Virus record (IMG/VR): IMGVR_UViG_3300009167_000024
Location: 1-30,401 of that record
Source: a virus
Taxonomy: Duplodnaviria > Caudoviricetes
Length of the DNA: 30,401 bases
Strand: one strand, 5' to 3'
The translations under genes and the position numbers were made by a program. The notes beneath the pieces are model-generated. The model made no database searches, had not been told where the DNA came from, and saw nothing but the letters and a program-made list of their open reading frames with translations. Position 1 is the first letter of the stretch; each line of letters starts with the position of its first letter. Of this stretch, positions 1-9,500 are shown piece by piece.

Positions 1-253
1 CATGCACGTTGATGTCCACCGCCTCATGCGGATTGGAGTAGAGTTCGGCGGTGCCCAGGAGAGCGGCCAGGTGGATGACTCCACCGCTCCAGCCGACCGC
101 CTCGGTCAGCAGCCGCTTGTCCAGGATGTTCAGCCCGCCCACCTTGTCGTAGGCCCAGGTCTTCACGCCCAGGCGGTCGAGCAGTTCGCAGACATAGCGA
201 CCAATGAACCCTTGCCCGCCCGTGACCAACACATTCTCAGGAAGTTGCCGCAT
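1..253 (-). CDS. NAD-dependent epimerase/dehydratase (extended SDR), 5' part only; runs off the window edge
   Basis: Not in the ORF track. Hand translation from ATG 253 (GGAGG upstream): MRQLPENVLVTGGQGFIGRYVCELLDRLG...GVIHLAALLGTAEL...AVDINVH. Shows the Rossmann TGxxGFIG motif and the VIHLAA motif. Confidence 0.9.
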   Translation of the reverse strand, partial: MRQLPENVLVTGGQGFIGRYVCELLDRLGVKTWAYDKVGGLNILDKRLLTEAVGWSGGVIHLAALLGTAELYSNPHEAVDINVH

Positions 254-1061
254 CGTCTACGACCTCCGCTTGGACTACACCCTCTTCTGCCTTGATCTGC
301 GCCATGCGCGTCTTGACCTGACCCAAGTAGTTGAGCCACATGTTCTCGTCCACGGCGAACATCTTCATGTGGCCGGTCTGAGCGTCCGCACAGTAGCGGA
401 CGCGATACCCATGCTTCGATGCCTCGTAGAAGAAGTGGACATCGTGGCCCATCTGAACCCCAGTGTCGGGATGCTTCACCCAGTCCTGGTGGTAGGGGGA
501 GCCAACCGCATCGAAGACCTCTCGGTGAATGAGCGTGAACGCCACCCCCGTCGCATCGCACCAGAACCGCTCCCCCTGGCGGTACTCGGCCCGAACCTCA
601 TGCAACCCGTTCACCGGGTTGCGGAAGAAGCAGTTCGGCAACACCTTCTGCTCGGCCTCCGAATACATGAACGCCAGGGCGTTCGTGATGCCACACTGAA
701 CGCCGTTGTGCCGCTGCGTCAACATCTCTTCGTAGATGAGGGAGAACGTCTGCGGAGTGAACACCATATCGCTGTCAATCCACAGCAGGTACTCAGCCGG
801 GGAAGGGAGGAAGGCATCTTCGATGATGCGCTGACGGCCCAGCGCGGAACGAGCCGTCCGCGCCCCGTGGTATCCGATGATGGCGTTGTACGGATTCTCC
901 AGACACAGCATGGCGAGGCATTGGGCGTAGCCCGCCGTCACCATCTCGGGCCGCAACGTGCAGATCAGGACGGAGCCTTCGATCATCTTGCCCTTGCTCT
1001 TCTCGTTGAAGAAGATGGGCCTCGGGGTCCACAGTTTGCTAGGACGAGGCTTCTTGCTCAT
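237..1061 (-). CDS. Glycosyltransferase, GT-A fold (family 2-like)
   Basis: YLLWIDSDMVF DxD motif; ATGVAFTLIHREVF and GHDVHF..A...GY.V..D....H motifs. Start placed at ATG 1061 (MSKK), 7 nt downstream of an extended -10; the ORF track extends to 1133. Confidence 0.85.
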   Translation of the reverse strand: MSKKPRPSKLWTPRPIFFNEKSKGKMIEGSVLICTLRPEMVTAGYAQCLAMLCLENPYNAIIGYHGARTARSALGRQRIIEDAFLPSPAEYLLWIDSDMVFTPQTFSLIYEEMLTQRHNGVQCGITNALAFMYSEAEQKVLPNCFFRNPVNGLHEVRAEYRQGERFWCDATGVAFTLIHREVFDAVGSPYHQDWVKHPDTGVQMGHDVHFFYEASKHGYRVRYCADAQTGHMKMFAVDENMWLNYLGQVKTRMAQIKAEEGVVQAEVVDDAATS

Positions 1062-1068
1062 GGCCTGC

Positions 1069-1080
1069 ATAGTAGCACCG
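1069..1080 (-). promoter_or_regulatory. Extended -10 promoter (TGcTACTAT), probably giving a leaderless glycosyltransferase mRNA
   Basis: Minus strand reads CGGTGCTACTAT-gcaggcc-ATG with no Shine-Dalgarno. The same motif occurs at 19124-19135 and 25960-25971. Confidence 0.55.
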
Positions 1081-1103
1081 GCCCCCCCGTAGGGGGGCCG
1101 GTG
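1076..1103 (-). terminator. Perfect 12-bp hairpin with cUACGg tetraloop after the capsid genes (terminator or RNA-stability element)
   Basis: Minus strand CACCGGCCCCCC-TACG-GGGGGGCCGGTG. No clear U-tract follows. Confidence 0.55.
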
Positions 1104-1183
1104 AGAGAAGGTCACGGCTCGTTCTGTTCCCAAGGAAGCCGCTTTCCTCGGAGGCTCAGTCAGTTATCAAGTGCGCATCCTGG

Positions 1184-1459
1184 TTAGGCCAGAATACCGA
1201 TCAGGTACGACCAAGTGACCGCGCCCGTGGTTGTGGCACGGGTCACAGTCAGCGTAGTCGCATCCGAGGCCCAGGTGAGGACGCCTTCCCCGGAAGTCTG
1301 GAGCAGCACGAAATCGGGCGCAGCGCCCAACCCATGAGTCAGAGCATCCGTGGCGGCGGTAGCACCGAAGGTCAACGACCCGGCCTTGTATTTGCCAGCG
1401 GCAAATAGGGCCATGAGACCCGCGGCGTCGGTCAGGTTGCGACCGTACTCAGCAGGCAT
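1184..1459 (-). CDS. Small Thr/Ala-rich beta-strand virion protein (head decoration or fibre candidate)
   Basis: Coupled to the major capsid gene by a TAATG overlap; THGLGAAPDFV motif resembles phage fibre/decoration domains. Confidence 0.6.
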   Translation of the reverse strand: MPAEYGRNLTDAAGLMALFAAGKYKAGSLTFGATAATDALTHGLGAAPDFVLLQTSGEGVLTWASDATTLTVTRATTTGAVTWSYLIGILA

Positions 1460-2391
1460 TAGGAGTTGCTTCCGATGCTAGACGCAGAGCCGAGTCGCCG
1501 CGATGCGGCGCTCCGCAACTGCCCCCACCCCTGGTAGCAGTACCAGCCGATAGGCTGGAACCGCTGGAGCCGGTCGGTAACCGGGCCGATGACGATGTGC
1601 GGGGCGATGGCAACAGCCTTCGCAAGCGCCTCACGACCGAGGAAGTAGGTGTAGTAGAGGTCTACTGCACTTGAACCCCCGTCAGCCAGGAGATACGCCC
1701 GTGGAGACTCGACCCATCGCATACTGGCGAAGCGACCGATCTCGTTGTTGAGAACGGCCCCGTAGTTGTTCACCACGGCAGGGCTTACCCACCCCGCGTC
1801 GCCGGTCTCCTTCTTGAGATCGTATGCGACATCGGGATGCGCAATCGCCAGGTAGTCGCTACCGCTCATCGGCAGAGCCGACCCACCACGCAACTTGGCC
1901 TCTTGCTTGCGAGCAAGGGCCGCGGTGATGATGGAGGTCGAGACCTGCGCAACAGCGGTAGTCCCCGTCACATACTCCAGTGTCCCCGCCGCGTCCAGCG
2001 CGTTGCGGGCCAGCCTGTCAATGGAATCGACCATGTTGAAGTTGACCAGATTGGCAACGTCAGGGTCGAACCCAATGAGCATCTCGATGGCGCGCAGTTT
2101 CCGAGTAAGAAGCACGGCGTTGCCGTACTCATACGGGGTCACTGTGACCGCCGAAGAAGCCAGGCCCACAGCGTCAACATCGACGGTCTCGCTCAGGGCG
2201 GTGGTCGCCTGGCTCATCTCGGTCCAGAAGTAGAACGAGACAGGAGAGCCAGGAGAGGTCAGAGAGCCAGGCTTCACCATGGCAATCTGATCGAACACCA
2301 CGTCCGAACGAAGCGCGAAGAAGGCGCTACGCTGATAGGCGGTGAGAACCGCGCCACTCAACTGGCTAGTGCCAGTGAATGTGTCGGCCAT
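1459..2391 (-). CDS. Major capsid protein (N4-gp56-like, HK97 fold)
   Basis: 310 aa directly downstream of the scaffold; LSETVD, EYGNAV.LT.KL, HPDVAYDL, EIGRF...R.VES and D.LQRF..IGWY motifs. Confidence 0.9.
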   Translation of the reverse strand: MADTFTGTSQLSGAVLTAYQRSAFFALRSDVVFDQIAMVKPGSLTSPGSPVSFYFWTEMSQATTALSETVDVDAVGLASSAVTVTPYEYGNAVLLTRKLRAIEMLIGFDPDVANLVNFNMVDSIDRLARNALDAAGTLEYVTGTTAVAQVSTSIITAALARKQEAKLRGGSALPMSGSDYLAIAHPDVAYDLKKETGDAGWVSPAVVNNYGAVLNNEIGRFASMRWVESPRAYLLADGGSSAVDLYYTYFLGREALAKAVAIAPHIVIGPVTDRLQRFQPIGWYCYQGWGQLRSAASRRLGSASSIGSNS

Positions 2392-2418
2392 GTATCACCT
2401 ATGGAGTGTGTGGGATTC

Positions 2419-2916
2419 CTATTGCTGGAGGAAACCACCCTCGCGAGCAATCTCGATCAGTTCCTCCTGCGACTTGGCCTTCGCAACACGCGAAGCCAGG
2501 TCGCCGGTTGCCTTGCCGCTGGCAGCAGCGGCTACCTGCTGCCCCAGGTTTGCGACCCCGGCAACCTCGGAGGCAAGATCGGTCTTGCCCTCGGGCTGAC
2601 TGGACTCTTCGGCCTTGACCTTCGGCTCCAGGCCCAGCCCCTTCAGGAACTCGGCCACCGCATCGGCGGTCGGTTCCTTCACCTTCTCCACGGCGATCTC
2701 GGACAGCCCTGGGTAACCTGCCTGATTGACAAGGCTCCCAATCTCCATCTCCCGCTTTACCTGTTCGCGGGCGGTGGACACCGCCTCGGCTGCGGCCTTG
2801 GCTTTCGCCTCGGAGTCCCGCAACTTCTGGCGTAGGCTCTTGATGAGATTGCTCTCATCAGCCTGACCCTCGCCGTCGTCGTCCATCGTGGACTCGGTGT
2901 TGGTTCGCTCTGGCAT
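2419..2916 (-). CDS. Capsid scaffolding protein
   Basis: Acidic N-terminus, coiled coil (IKSLRQKLRDSE), C-terminal A.SQEEL..I helix; immediately upstream of the capsid gene; GGAGG RBS. Confidence 0.75.
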   Translation of the reverse strand: MPERTNTESTMDDDGEGQADESNLIKSLRQKLRDSEAKAKAAAEAVSTAREQVKREMEIGSLVNQAGYPGLSEIAVEKVKEPTADAVAEFLKGLGLEPKVKAEESSQPEGKTDLASEVAGVANLGQQVAAAASGKATGDLASRVAKAKSQEELIEIAREGGFLQQ

Positions 2917-3031
2917 ATTGCCCTCCTGTTGGTACTCGGCGCTGCGGAGTTACAGCACCGGCCATTCTCCCGAACTCCCCGTAAGGTGGGGGCTTCCGGT
3001 TCGGCTTATCGACGCCGTGCCGCAATCCGAC

Positions 3032-4972
3032 CTATGCGCCCTCGGGAGAGTAGAGCGTCATCCCCGGTCGTTGGGGAGCGCCAGTGGACTCGCTGTAACC
3101 GACAAAGAGTTGCGCCTTGTCGTCGTCCAACAGGCTCAACTCAATGGCGGCTTGGCGCGCCTTGGCCCTAATCCATTCATGGGAACGTCCTGACGGTGCC
3201 CGTATTCCCGTAGCGGCAGAGATCAGATCGTTCTGGTTCAACCCGTACTTCTTCAGACCGTAGTTGCCGAGGGAGAACAACTGCGCCTCGACCTCGTTGA
3301 AGGCGGCTGCGATCTCCCGCTCGGAGAGCAGCGTGTTCTCGGCCACCGCCTCGATCATCCCGCGGTTGATGTCGAACCCAACCTGCTCTGCCTGGTACTG
3401 GACGGCAGCGCGGTTGGCGATGTCCTGCAACTCTGCGGGGGCGGTGCCCGAGATCAAGTCGAACCAGTTGTCGAACGTCAAGGTCTGCCCGGTCTCCCGC
3501 GCTACCCACTGTTGCATGATGCGGAAGTAGTCTTGGTTGGTGGCGGCACGCTGCCAGATGGGAGCGGCCTCAGCGAACTCGTACTCGTCAATCCCCGAGT
3601 TGAGCATCTGCCCGATGGTGGTGCGGTAGGAACCGTCAGGGTCTCGGGGGATACCCAGGAGAGAGAGGTTCTGCTCGACGGACTGTTCGTACTCCAGCCA
3701 AGCGCTCTCGGGGTCTGACGTGATTCCGTACAGGCTGTCGATGCCGGGGTACAGCGTGTCCGTCCAGTAGGACGTGTTGCGCAAGGCAGCGGCGATCTGA
3801 ACCTCGTCCCAGTCGCCCAAGGTGGCGGCGACCATGACAGCCCTGATCTCGGGGTCGTTGAGCATCTGGCCCAAGATGGTCGGGTCGTTGATGCCGCTGA
3901 TCTCGCGGAAGGTGTCATCGGCCAACTGGCCCCAGTTGCCCGAGATGCCCATGATCTCGCCAGCGGTGCCCACGACCTCCACGTTGTTGTTGAACCACGC
4001 TTGGTCGCGGTTCCTCCATGGCACTTCGGTCATCCAGTTGGGACCGAACGCCTGCAACACCTGGGCCTGGTCATCGAACTGGTAGCCTACGAACTGGCCC
4101 GAACCGCGAGGCCATTCGTAGACCATCATCCACAGGTTGTCCTGGCCGGGCCGCTGAATCTGCACCAGCGAGCCACCGCCCAGCACACCGTCAGCCCCCG
4201 GCCCCGAGTACTGGGGCGGGGCAGCAGGGCTGGTATCGGGCACCCCCTGGTAGGGGCCAGTAGCAAGGGTGAGGCCCAAGGCTCCCGCGGTGGAGGTACC
4301 CACAACACCATCGGGATTGAGACCACGGGCCGACTGGAAGGCGCGGACAGCAGCGGCGGTCTGAGGGCCGAAGATGCCGTCGATGGTGCCAGGGCTGAAC
4401 CCGGCTGCGGCCAACAGCCGTTGCAGTTCGCTCACCTGCTCCCCCTGGGAGCCGGTGGTGAGCATCTGTGGATAAGAGTCGTTGCCGCTCACACTCGCGG
4501 CGTAGGCTTGGATGCCGGTGAGGTCAACCTGGCTGGTGCTGGTCGTGTAGTTGAAGATGCCGGGGTCAACGGTCTCGCCATCGACGTACACCGAGAAGTG
4601 GAGATGGTCGCCCTCGGCGTTCCCCGAATGGCCGACCGTGCCGATAACCTGGCCCGCCGACACCTGCATCCCATCGTGGATACCGAGCATGGCGAGTGCC
4701 TGCCGCGCCTCGGCCTCGGACATGTCGTTGTTGAACATGTGCCAGTAGCGAGCCGTGGTGCCATCGGGGGCTTCGACGTAGACGCCGAAGCCACCACCAC
4801 CAGGGTCGTACTGGATGGTGAGGGTGCCGCCGAAGGCTGCGTAGATAGCGCTGCCGTAGGCTGCGTTGAGGTCTACGCCACCATGCTCGTAACCGGGCCG
4901 CGGCTCCCCGTAGTTGCCGGTCATGTCCAAGTCGTCGCCCTGGAGCGGGTAGTAGAGAGTAGTCGTACTCAT
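3032..4972 (-). CDS. Virion-associated peptidoglycan hydrolase / probable ejection protein: M23 peptidase, peptidoglycan-binding domain, helical C-terminus
   Basis: HGGVD and HLH M23 zinc motifs; PG_binding_1 signature GSQGEQVSELQRLL...DGIFGPQTAAAVRAFQ...GL.PDGVVG..T. Confidence 0.8.
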   Translation of the reverse strand: MSTTTLYYPLQGDDLDMTGNYGEPRPGYEHGGVDLNAAYGSAIYAAFGGTLTIQYDPGGGGFGVYVEAPDGTTARYWHMFNNDMSEAEARQALAMLGIHDGMQVSAGQVIGTVGHSGNAEGDHLHFSVYVDGETVDPGIFNYTTSTSQVDLTGIQAYAASVSGNDSYPQMLTTGSQGEQVSELQRLLAAAGFSPGTIDGIFGPQTAAAVRAFQSARGLNPDGVVGTSTAGALGLTLATGPYQGVPDTSPAAPPQYSGPGADGVLGGGSLVQIQRPGQDNLWMMVYEWPRGSGQFVGYQFDDQAQVLQAFGPNWMTEVPWRNRDQAWFNNNVEVVGTAGEIMGISGNWGQLADDTFREISGINDPTILGQMLNDPEIRAVMVAATLGDWDEVQIAAALRNTSYWTDTLYPGIDSLYGITSDPESAWLEYEQSVEQNLSLLGIPRDPDGSYRTTIGQMLNSGIDEYEFAEAAPIWQRAATNQDYFRIMQQWVARETGQTLTFDNWFDLISGTAPAELQDIANRAAVQYQAEQVGFDINRGMIEAVAENTLLSEREIAAAFNEVEAQLFSLGNYGLKKYGLNQNDLISAATGIRAPSGRSHEWIRAKARQAAIELSLLDDDKAQLFVGYSESTGAPQRPGMTLYSPEGA

Positions 4973-6531
4973 GGCATCAACCTCGACAGGCCACTCAGAG
5001 AGTTACGCATCCGTTGTAGGAAGGTCGGAAGCATCTGGCCGGTCTCCATCAACTCAAAGACCTGGCCCGCTTCGCCAGCCCGAGCCGGGCTGACACCTGC
5101 GGTGGCCTGCGTGATGGCCCGGCGCTCGATGGCCGAGTTGCGCATCCCGGCGTTCATGAGACCCTGGAACTGGTAGGAGAGCCAGTCGGCCTCATCGATG
5201 AAGTCGGGCCGCAGCGCGTGGACGCGCTGGTACTCGGGGTACAGCCTGATGGCGTCGATGACTACCTGGCCGGGGTCTCGTGCCCCGCCGTTGAAGCGCT
5301 CTTGGTCAGTCCGCATGTAGAGGTCGGTGAGGATGTTGATGCGGGCCGGGTCTGCGACCCCGATCAGGGAGATGAGTTTGGCCTTGACCTGATCGTAGAT
5401 GGTGGCGCGGTCGGGTGCCTGGTAGGTGGCCGCAGCACCGTTCTGCGCCTGGAGGTTCTGGTTGAGTTGCCATATCTGCTGTTCCAGTGGGGTCATGTTC
5501 TCCCACTCGGAAGCGGAGGCACCGAGGAACTGCTGCTGCTGGGCGAGAGGGAGTTCTGCGAAGCCTGGGGACGAGATGAATGCCTGCTGCTCGTCGTAGG
5601 ACAGCCCGGCGAAGGCAACTGCGTTGGCATGGGCGAACTCGGTAGCCTGAGCCAGCAGGTTGTCCACGATGCGCGGGTCTTTGACGCCGGGGCCGTAGAA
5701 GTTGCTCTCGTAGTCCAGATCAGGCTGGCCGAGACCTTCCAAGAACCGCGGGTCCATGGCCCGGTTGAAGTCGGTGAAGAACTGGTTGAGGCCGAAGATG
5801 CCGTAGGTGGCGGCTCGCGGCAGAGTGCCGGTGGGGAACTCCGCGCCCGCTCGCTGAAGTTGGGCCTCCATCATGCGCATGGCCTGGTCGTGCAACTTGA
5901 AGGCATTGGCGTAGCCAATGAGTGCGTTGAGTTCCTGGAACCCCGCCTGCGGAGAGAGGGTACCCTTATACATCCTCTCAAAGACGGAGGCCACACGAGC
6001 GTCTGCCCGGTCAACATTGCCGTAAGAGACCGTCCCCTCCTGAATGGATTGCGCCAGGCCGGGGAGCAGAAGCCCCGGCTCCTGGTGAGTCGGGATGACT
6101 TCGTATTGGCCGGGGTTGCGGTCGGACGGCAGGAGCGTGATCTCGTCGGTCAACTCCAGTTGCATCGCCCCACTCGGGCCTCCCATGCCACCGCCCCACA
6201 GGGACGGGTCTTCCCCGCGCATCCCCCAGGTGACGAGGAAGCGAGGGTTACCGCTGGGGGAGAAGGTGTTGGACGGTTCGACCTTGATGATGTACGGCTG
6301 CTGCGGAGCGGTGCCGGGCCGCATCGACAGTTGCCCCAGGTACATGAGACCGACCGCCTCTTGCAGACCGATGCGGTTGCCACCGATGGTCGCGCCGTTA
6401 CGGTTGAAGGTGGGCATGGGGGGAGGACGCATGGTAGTCCACCCCTGCCCGAACGCGTAAGCGACGTTGTAGGAGTCGAAGTACTGGGAGATGACCTCTC
6501 CCTCTTCCGTGACCTTATACATGACCGGCAT
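4969..6531 (-). CDS. Hypothetical protein, probable internal virion/ejection protein
   Basis: 520-aa Gln/Ala/Gly-rich ORF with GAGGT RBS and an ATGA overlap with the downstream gene. Function inferred from position only. Confidence 0.6.
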   Translation of the reverse strand: MPVMYKVTEEGEVISQYFDSYNVAYAFGQGWTTMRPPPMPTFNRNGATIGGNRIGLQEAVGLMYLGQLSMRPGTAPQQPYIIKVEPSNTFSPSGNPRFLVTWGMRGEDPSLWGGGMGGPSGAMQLELTDEITLLPSDRNPGQYEVIPTHQEPGLLLPGLAQSIQEGTVSYGNVDRADARVASVFERMYKGTLSPQAGFQELNALIGYANAFKLHDQAMRMMEAQLQRAGAEFPTGTLPRAATYGIFGLNQFFTDFNRAMDPRFLEGLGQPDLDYESNFYGPGVKDPRIVDNLLAQATEFAHANAVAFAGLSYDEQQAFISSPGFAELPLAQQQQFLGASASEWENMTPLEQQIWQLNQNLQAQNGAAATYQAPDRATIYDQVKAKLISLIGVADPARINILTDLYMRTDQERFNGGARDPGQVVIDAIRLYPEYQRVHALRPDFIDEADWLSYQFQGLMNAGMRNSAIERRAITQATAGVSPARAGEAGQVFELMETGQMLPTFLQRMRNSLSGLSRLMP

Positions 6532-6560
6532 ACGTCTTACCTCAACACCGAATGACCCTG

Positions 6561-9500
6561 CTAGATTTCCCCAATGAATGCTCCCTGGAACAGTTGCGGG
6601 AAGATGGCGTCGTAATCGACCTCATCGAACATGCGTTCCCCGAGGAATACGAGGTCGGTCCCGATCTGCGGATTGTTCTGCATGTCCCTCATGATCTGCA
6701 TGTAGATGAGGCTGAAGAGTTGGTCGCCTGCGGTGGATTCGGGGGTCTTCTCCATCGAGGACAGCGACTCGACCACCATGTTGATCGCGGGGAGGTACTG
6801 CCGCAGGCTGGTGGGCAGCATGTTGAGGACACTGAGCCGCTGGATGGGAAGCAACTCGCGCCAGACGGCTTCGCCGCCACGCCCGTTCTGGATGAGCCAC
6901 AGGCTGAGTGCGTCCTGAAGCGTGGAGGACACGCTGTTGGCTTGGGTCTGCGTGTACTCGGAGAGTTCCCCGGTTACCCAGTTCGGCTCGATGGCATCGC
7001 CCCACATGTTGCGCAGGTGGTTGTAGGCGTTGTAGACCTCAGCCTGCTCGATGGTGGTGGGGAGGTACTGAGCGGCTTCGGGGGCACGGTCGGCAAGCCG
7101 CTGCGCAGCGAACACGTTCAACCACTCGGGCTTCGTGCCGACCCACTTGTAGAGTTGGGTCTCCTGCTCTTCGGTGGTCTTGGCGCTCCACCACCATTCC
7201 AGCACGGACGGGAAGGCGACCCCTTCGATGGTGACGGGCTTCATGCCCTCGCCGTTCTGGTAGTTGCGAATCTCGTCGTAGAGGGCCGACCGCTCTTCGC
7301 TGTCGTGTACCGTGTCGAGCCGGTCGAACAAGGCTCCCAGCCCGTCGTAGTACGCGCCAACGTAGTCATCGAAGTAGGCGGCGAGCGCCGCCTGCCTCGG
7401 GTTGGTGATCTCTTCCTCCAGGTAGGCGTCACGCCACGACTGGATGCCCTGCCTGACCTGGACGATGATGGCTCGCATCTTGCCAACGAACTCCTGCCGT
7501 TCGCTGGTGGACATGGACAGAACCTCGTCGGCGTTGAGCGACCAGTCCTCCAGGGTCTCGATGTCCATGTTGAGGCGACGCTCCAACTCGGTGATGAGAG
7601 TGGCGTTCTCTTCCCGGTTGCGCTCAACGTGGTCGAGGTACGCGCCCTGGTTGAAGAAGTCGTCAGCGTAGTCCATGACATCGGTGAAGACCCCGAAGGG
7701 GGCCACGTAGTCGCGGTACGACTGGTAGTTCTGGACGATGCGGGATGCGGCCACCACCGGGTCGTTGCCGTACCGCTGGACGATGGCAACCTCCCGGCTG
7801 AACGAGTTGGCGCTGCGGGCGTACCGCTGAAGGAAGACGTGGGGTGGGTACGGCTTGCGGATACCGGCGCGCAGATCGTCCGAGTACTGATCGATGGTCT
7901 GCGTGTCGGGGGCTTCCCCGTTCGGACCCCAGTAGGTCTTGCCCATGATGAAGGGCAGGATTTCGGGGTAGCGAGTCGAGAGGTAGTGCTTGGCGAACGA
8001 GCCGCGCTCAGGCTCTTGGAACCATGTAGCGAGCATGTTGTTGAAAGCCTGCATGTCCTGACGAGCCTGCTCGTCGTCGCCCGAGAGGGCGGGCAGCATG
8101 TACCCTTCCATGTCGAAGTTCTCGGGGTCGGCCTGCGCCAACTGGCGCGCCTGGTGGTAGGCGGCTGCAACTTCCTGCTCGTGGTAGAGCATCCGTGGGA
8201 TGGCGGGTGCCACGAAGCCGGTGATGCCACGCATGATGAGTGCGCCGCCAGCGTTCTTCATGGCCCGGCTGAGTAGTTCCCCCTCCAGGCGTTGTGCTTC
8301 ATCGAGCGCCAACTGGAACGCCCGGCCACCCGGCTGATCGGGATGCGCAACGGTGATGGTCGTGCCGTTGACCTCGATGCCGATGGTGGATTCGTACTCG
8401 TCCATGAGCCTGCCGACGACCGCCCAGGCTTCGATGGTCTTGGTCATGAGTCCTTCCTCGGCCTCCAGGTGTTGCATCTGGACGAGGATTTCGCCCGAGA
8501 TGCCTGCCCTGGTTTCGGGAGTAGCCATGAAGGAGAGGAAGCCCGACTCGGGCAGATCGTCCCCAGGCTCGATGCCCTGGGACGAGCCGCCGTGCAAGCC
8601 CCAGCCACGGAGGACGTACTGTGTCCAGCCGGGCAAGATGTCGAAGAAGAGGCCAGCCATGGTGTCCTCTCGCCCGAAGGGGAAGAAGAAGGGGTCGATG
8701 ATCTGCTCGATGAGGCTGCTGTCCGGTATCTTCAGGCCGGTCATCACATTCGGGATGACCGTATCGGGGGAGACCTCCCCGGCGAACAGGAGCCGAGCGG
8801 TCTCCCTGCCGAACGCTTCCTCAAAGGCTCCGCGGTTGATGGCGTAGACGGCGCTCGGCGTGGTGTTCCACCGAGCCGCGAGTTCGGCAACGGTCTCGCC
8901 CTCGACGGAATCGCCCCGGTCGTAGTCCACGGCGAAGGGGATGCGGTTGAGGATGTTGGATGCGACCCAGGTGCCGAGCGGGTTGAGACCCAAGTACGCC
9001 TGGTTGACAGCCATCAGCCCATGGGAGAACGGGTCGGTGGGCTTGCCCAGGTTGAGGTACCACACGTCCTTGCCCGGCCCCTCGTCGTAGGCGAACGGGT
9101 TGCCGAGGATGTTGCGCACGTTGCACAGGTGTTGGACGACGGTGGCTGGTGTGGCGATCATGTGGAAGAGAGTCTTGCTCATCACGTCCCCGAACACGTT
9201 GCCGGTGTTGGAGCGCGGGTCGAGGCGCATCCTCATCTGCCGGGTGCGGAGCGGAGAGTTGGGGTCGGGTTCGGCGTCGAACTCGATGAGGCCCATGTTG
9301 ACCAAGGCGCGCACGAAGCGGTCCACCTTGCGAATCATGACCGGGACACCGATGCCCCACCCCATGAGGGACGGTATCTTGTAGGCCCAGGTCTGAGCGA
9401 CCTCCCACCAGGCGGTGAAGAAGGGGCTGACCTTGTTGAAGGCCCGCAGGAACGGCACCGCGTTGTCCATGTTGTAGAAGACGTGGTTGACCTTCTCGGC

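Noticed and set aside
1449-1490. Possible programmed frameshift fusing the capsid to the 91-aa protein
   Set aside because: The -1 frame has a TAG a few codons upstream and there is no slippery heptamer; the TAATG overlap is explained by translational coupling.
6625-6640. Near LexA box TCGAAC-ATGC-GTTCCC about 95 bp upstream of the 520-aa gene
   Set aside because: Two mismatches in one arm and it lies inside coding sequence (GERMFD), so chance is plausible. Worth retesting only if the main boxes bind LexA.
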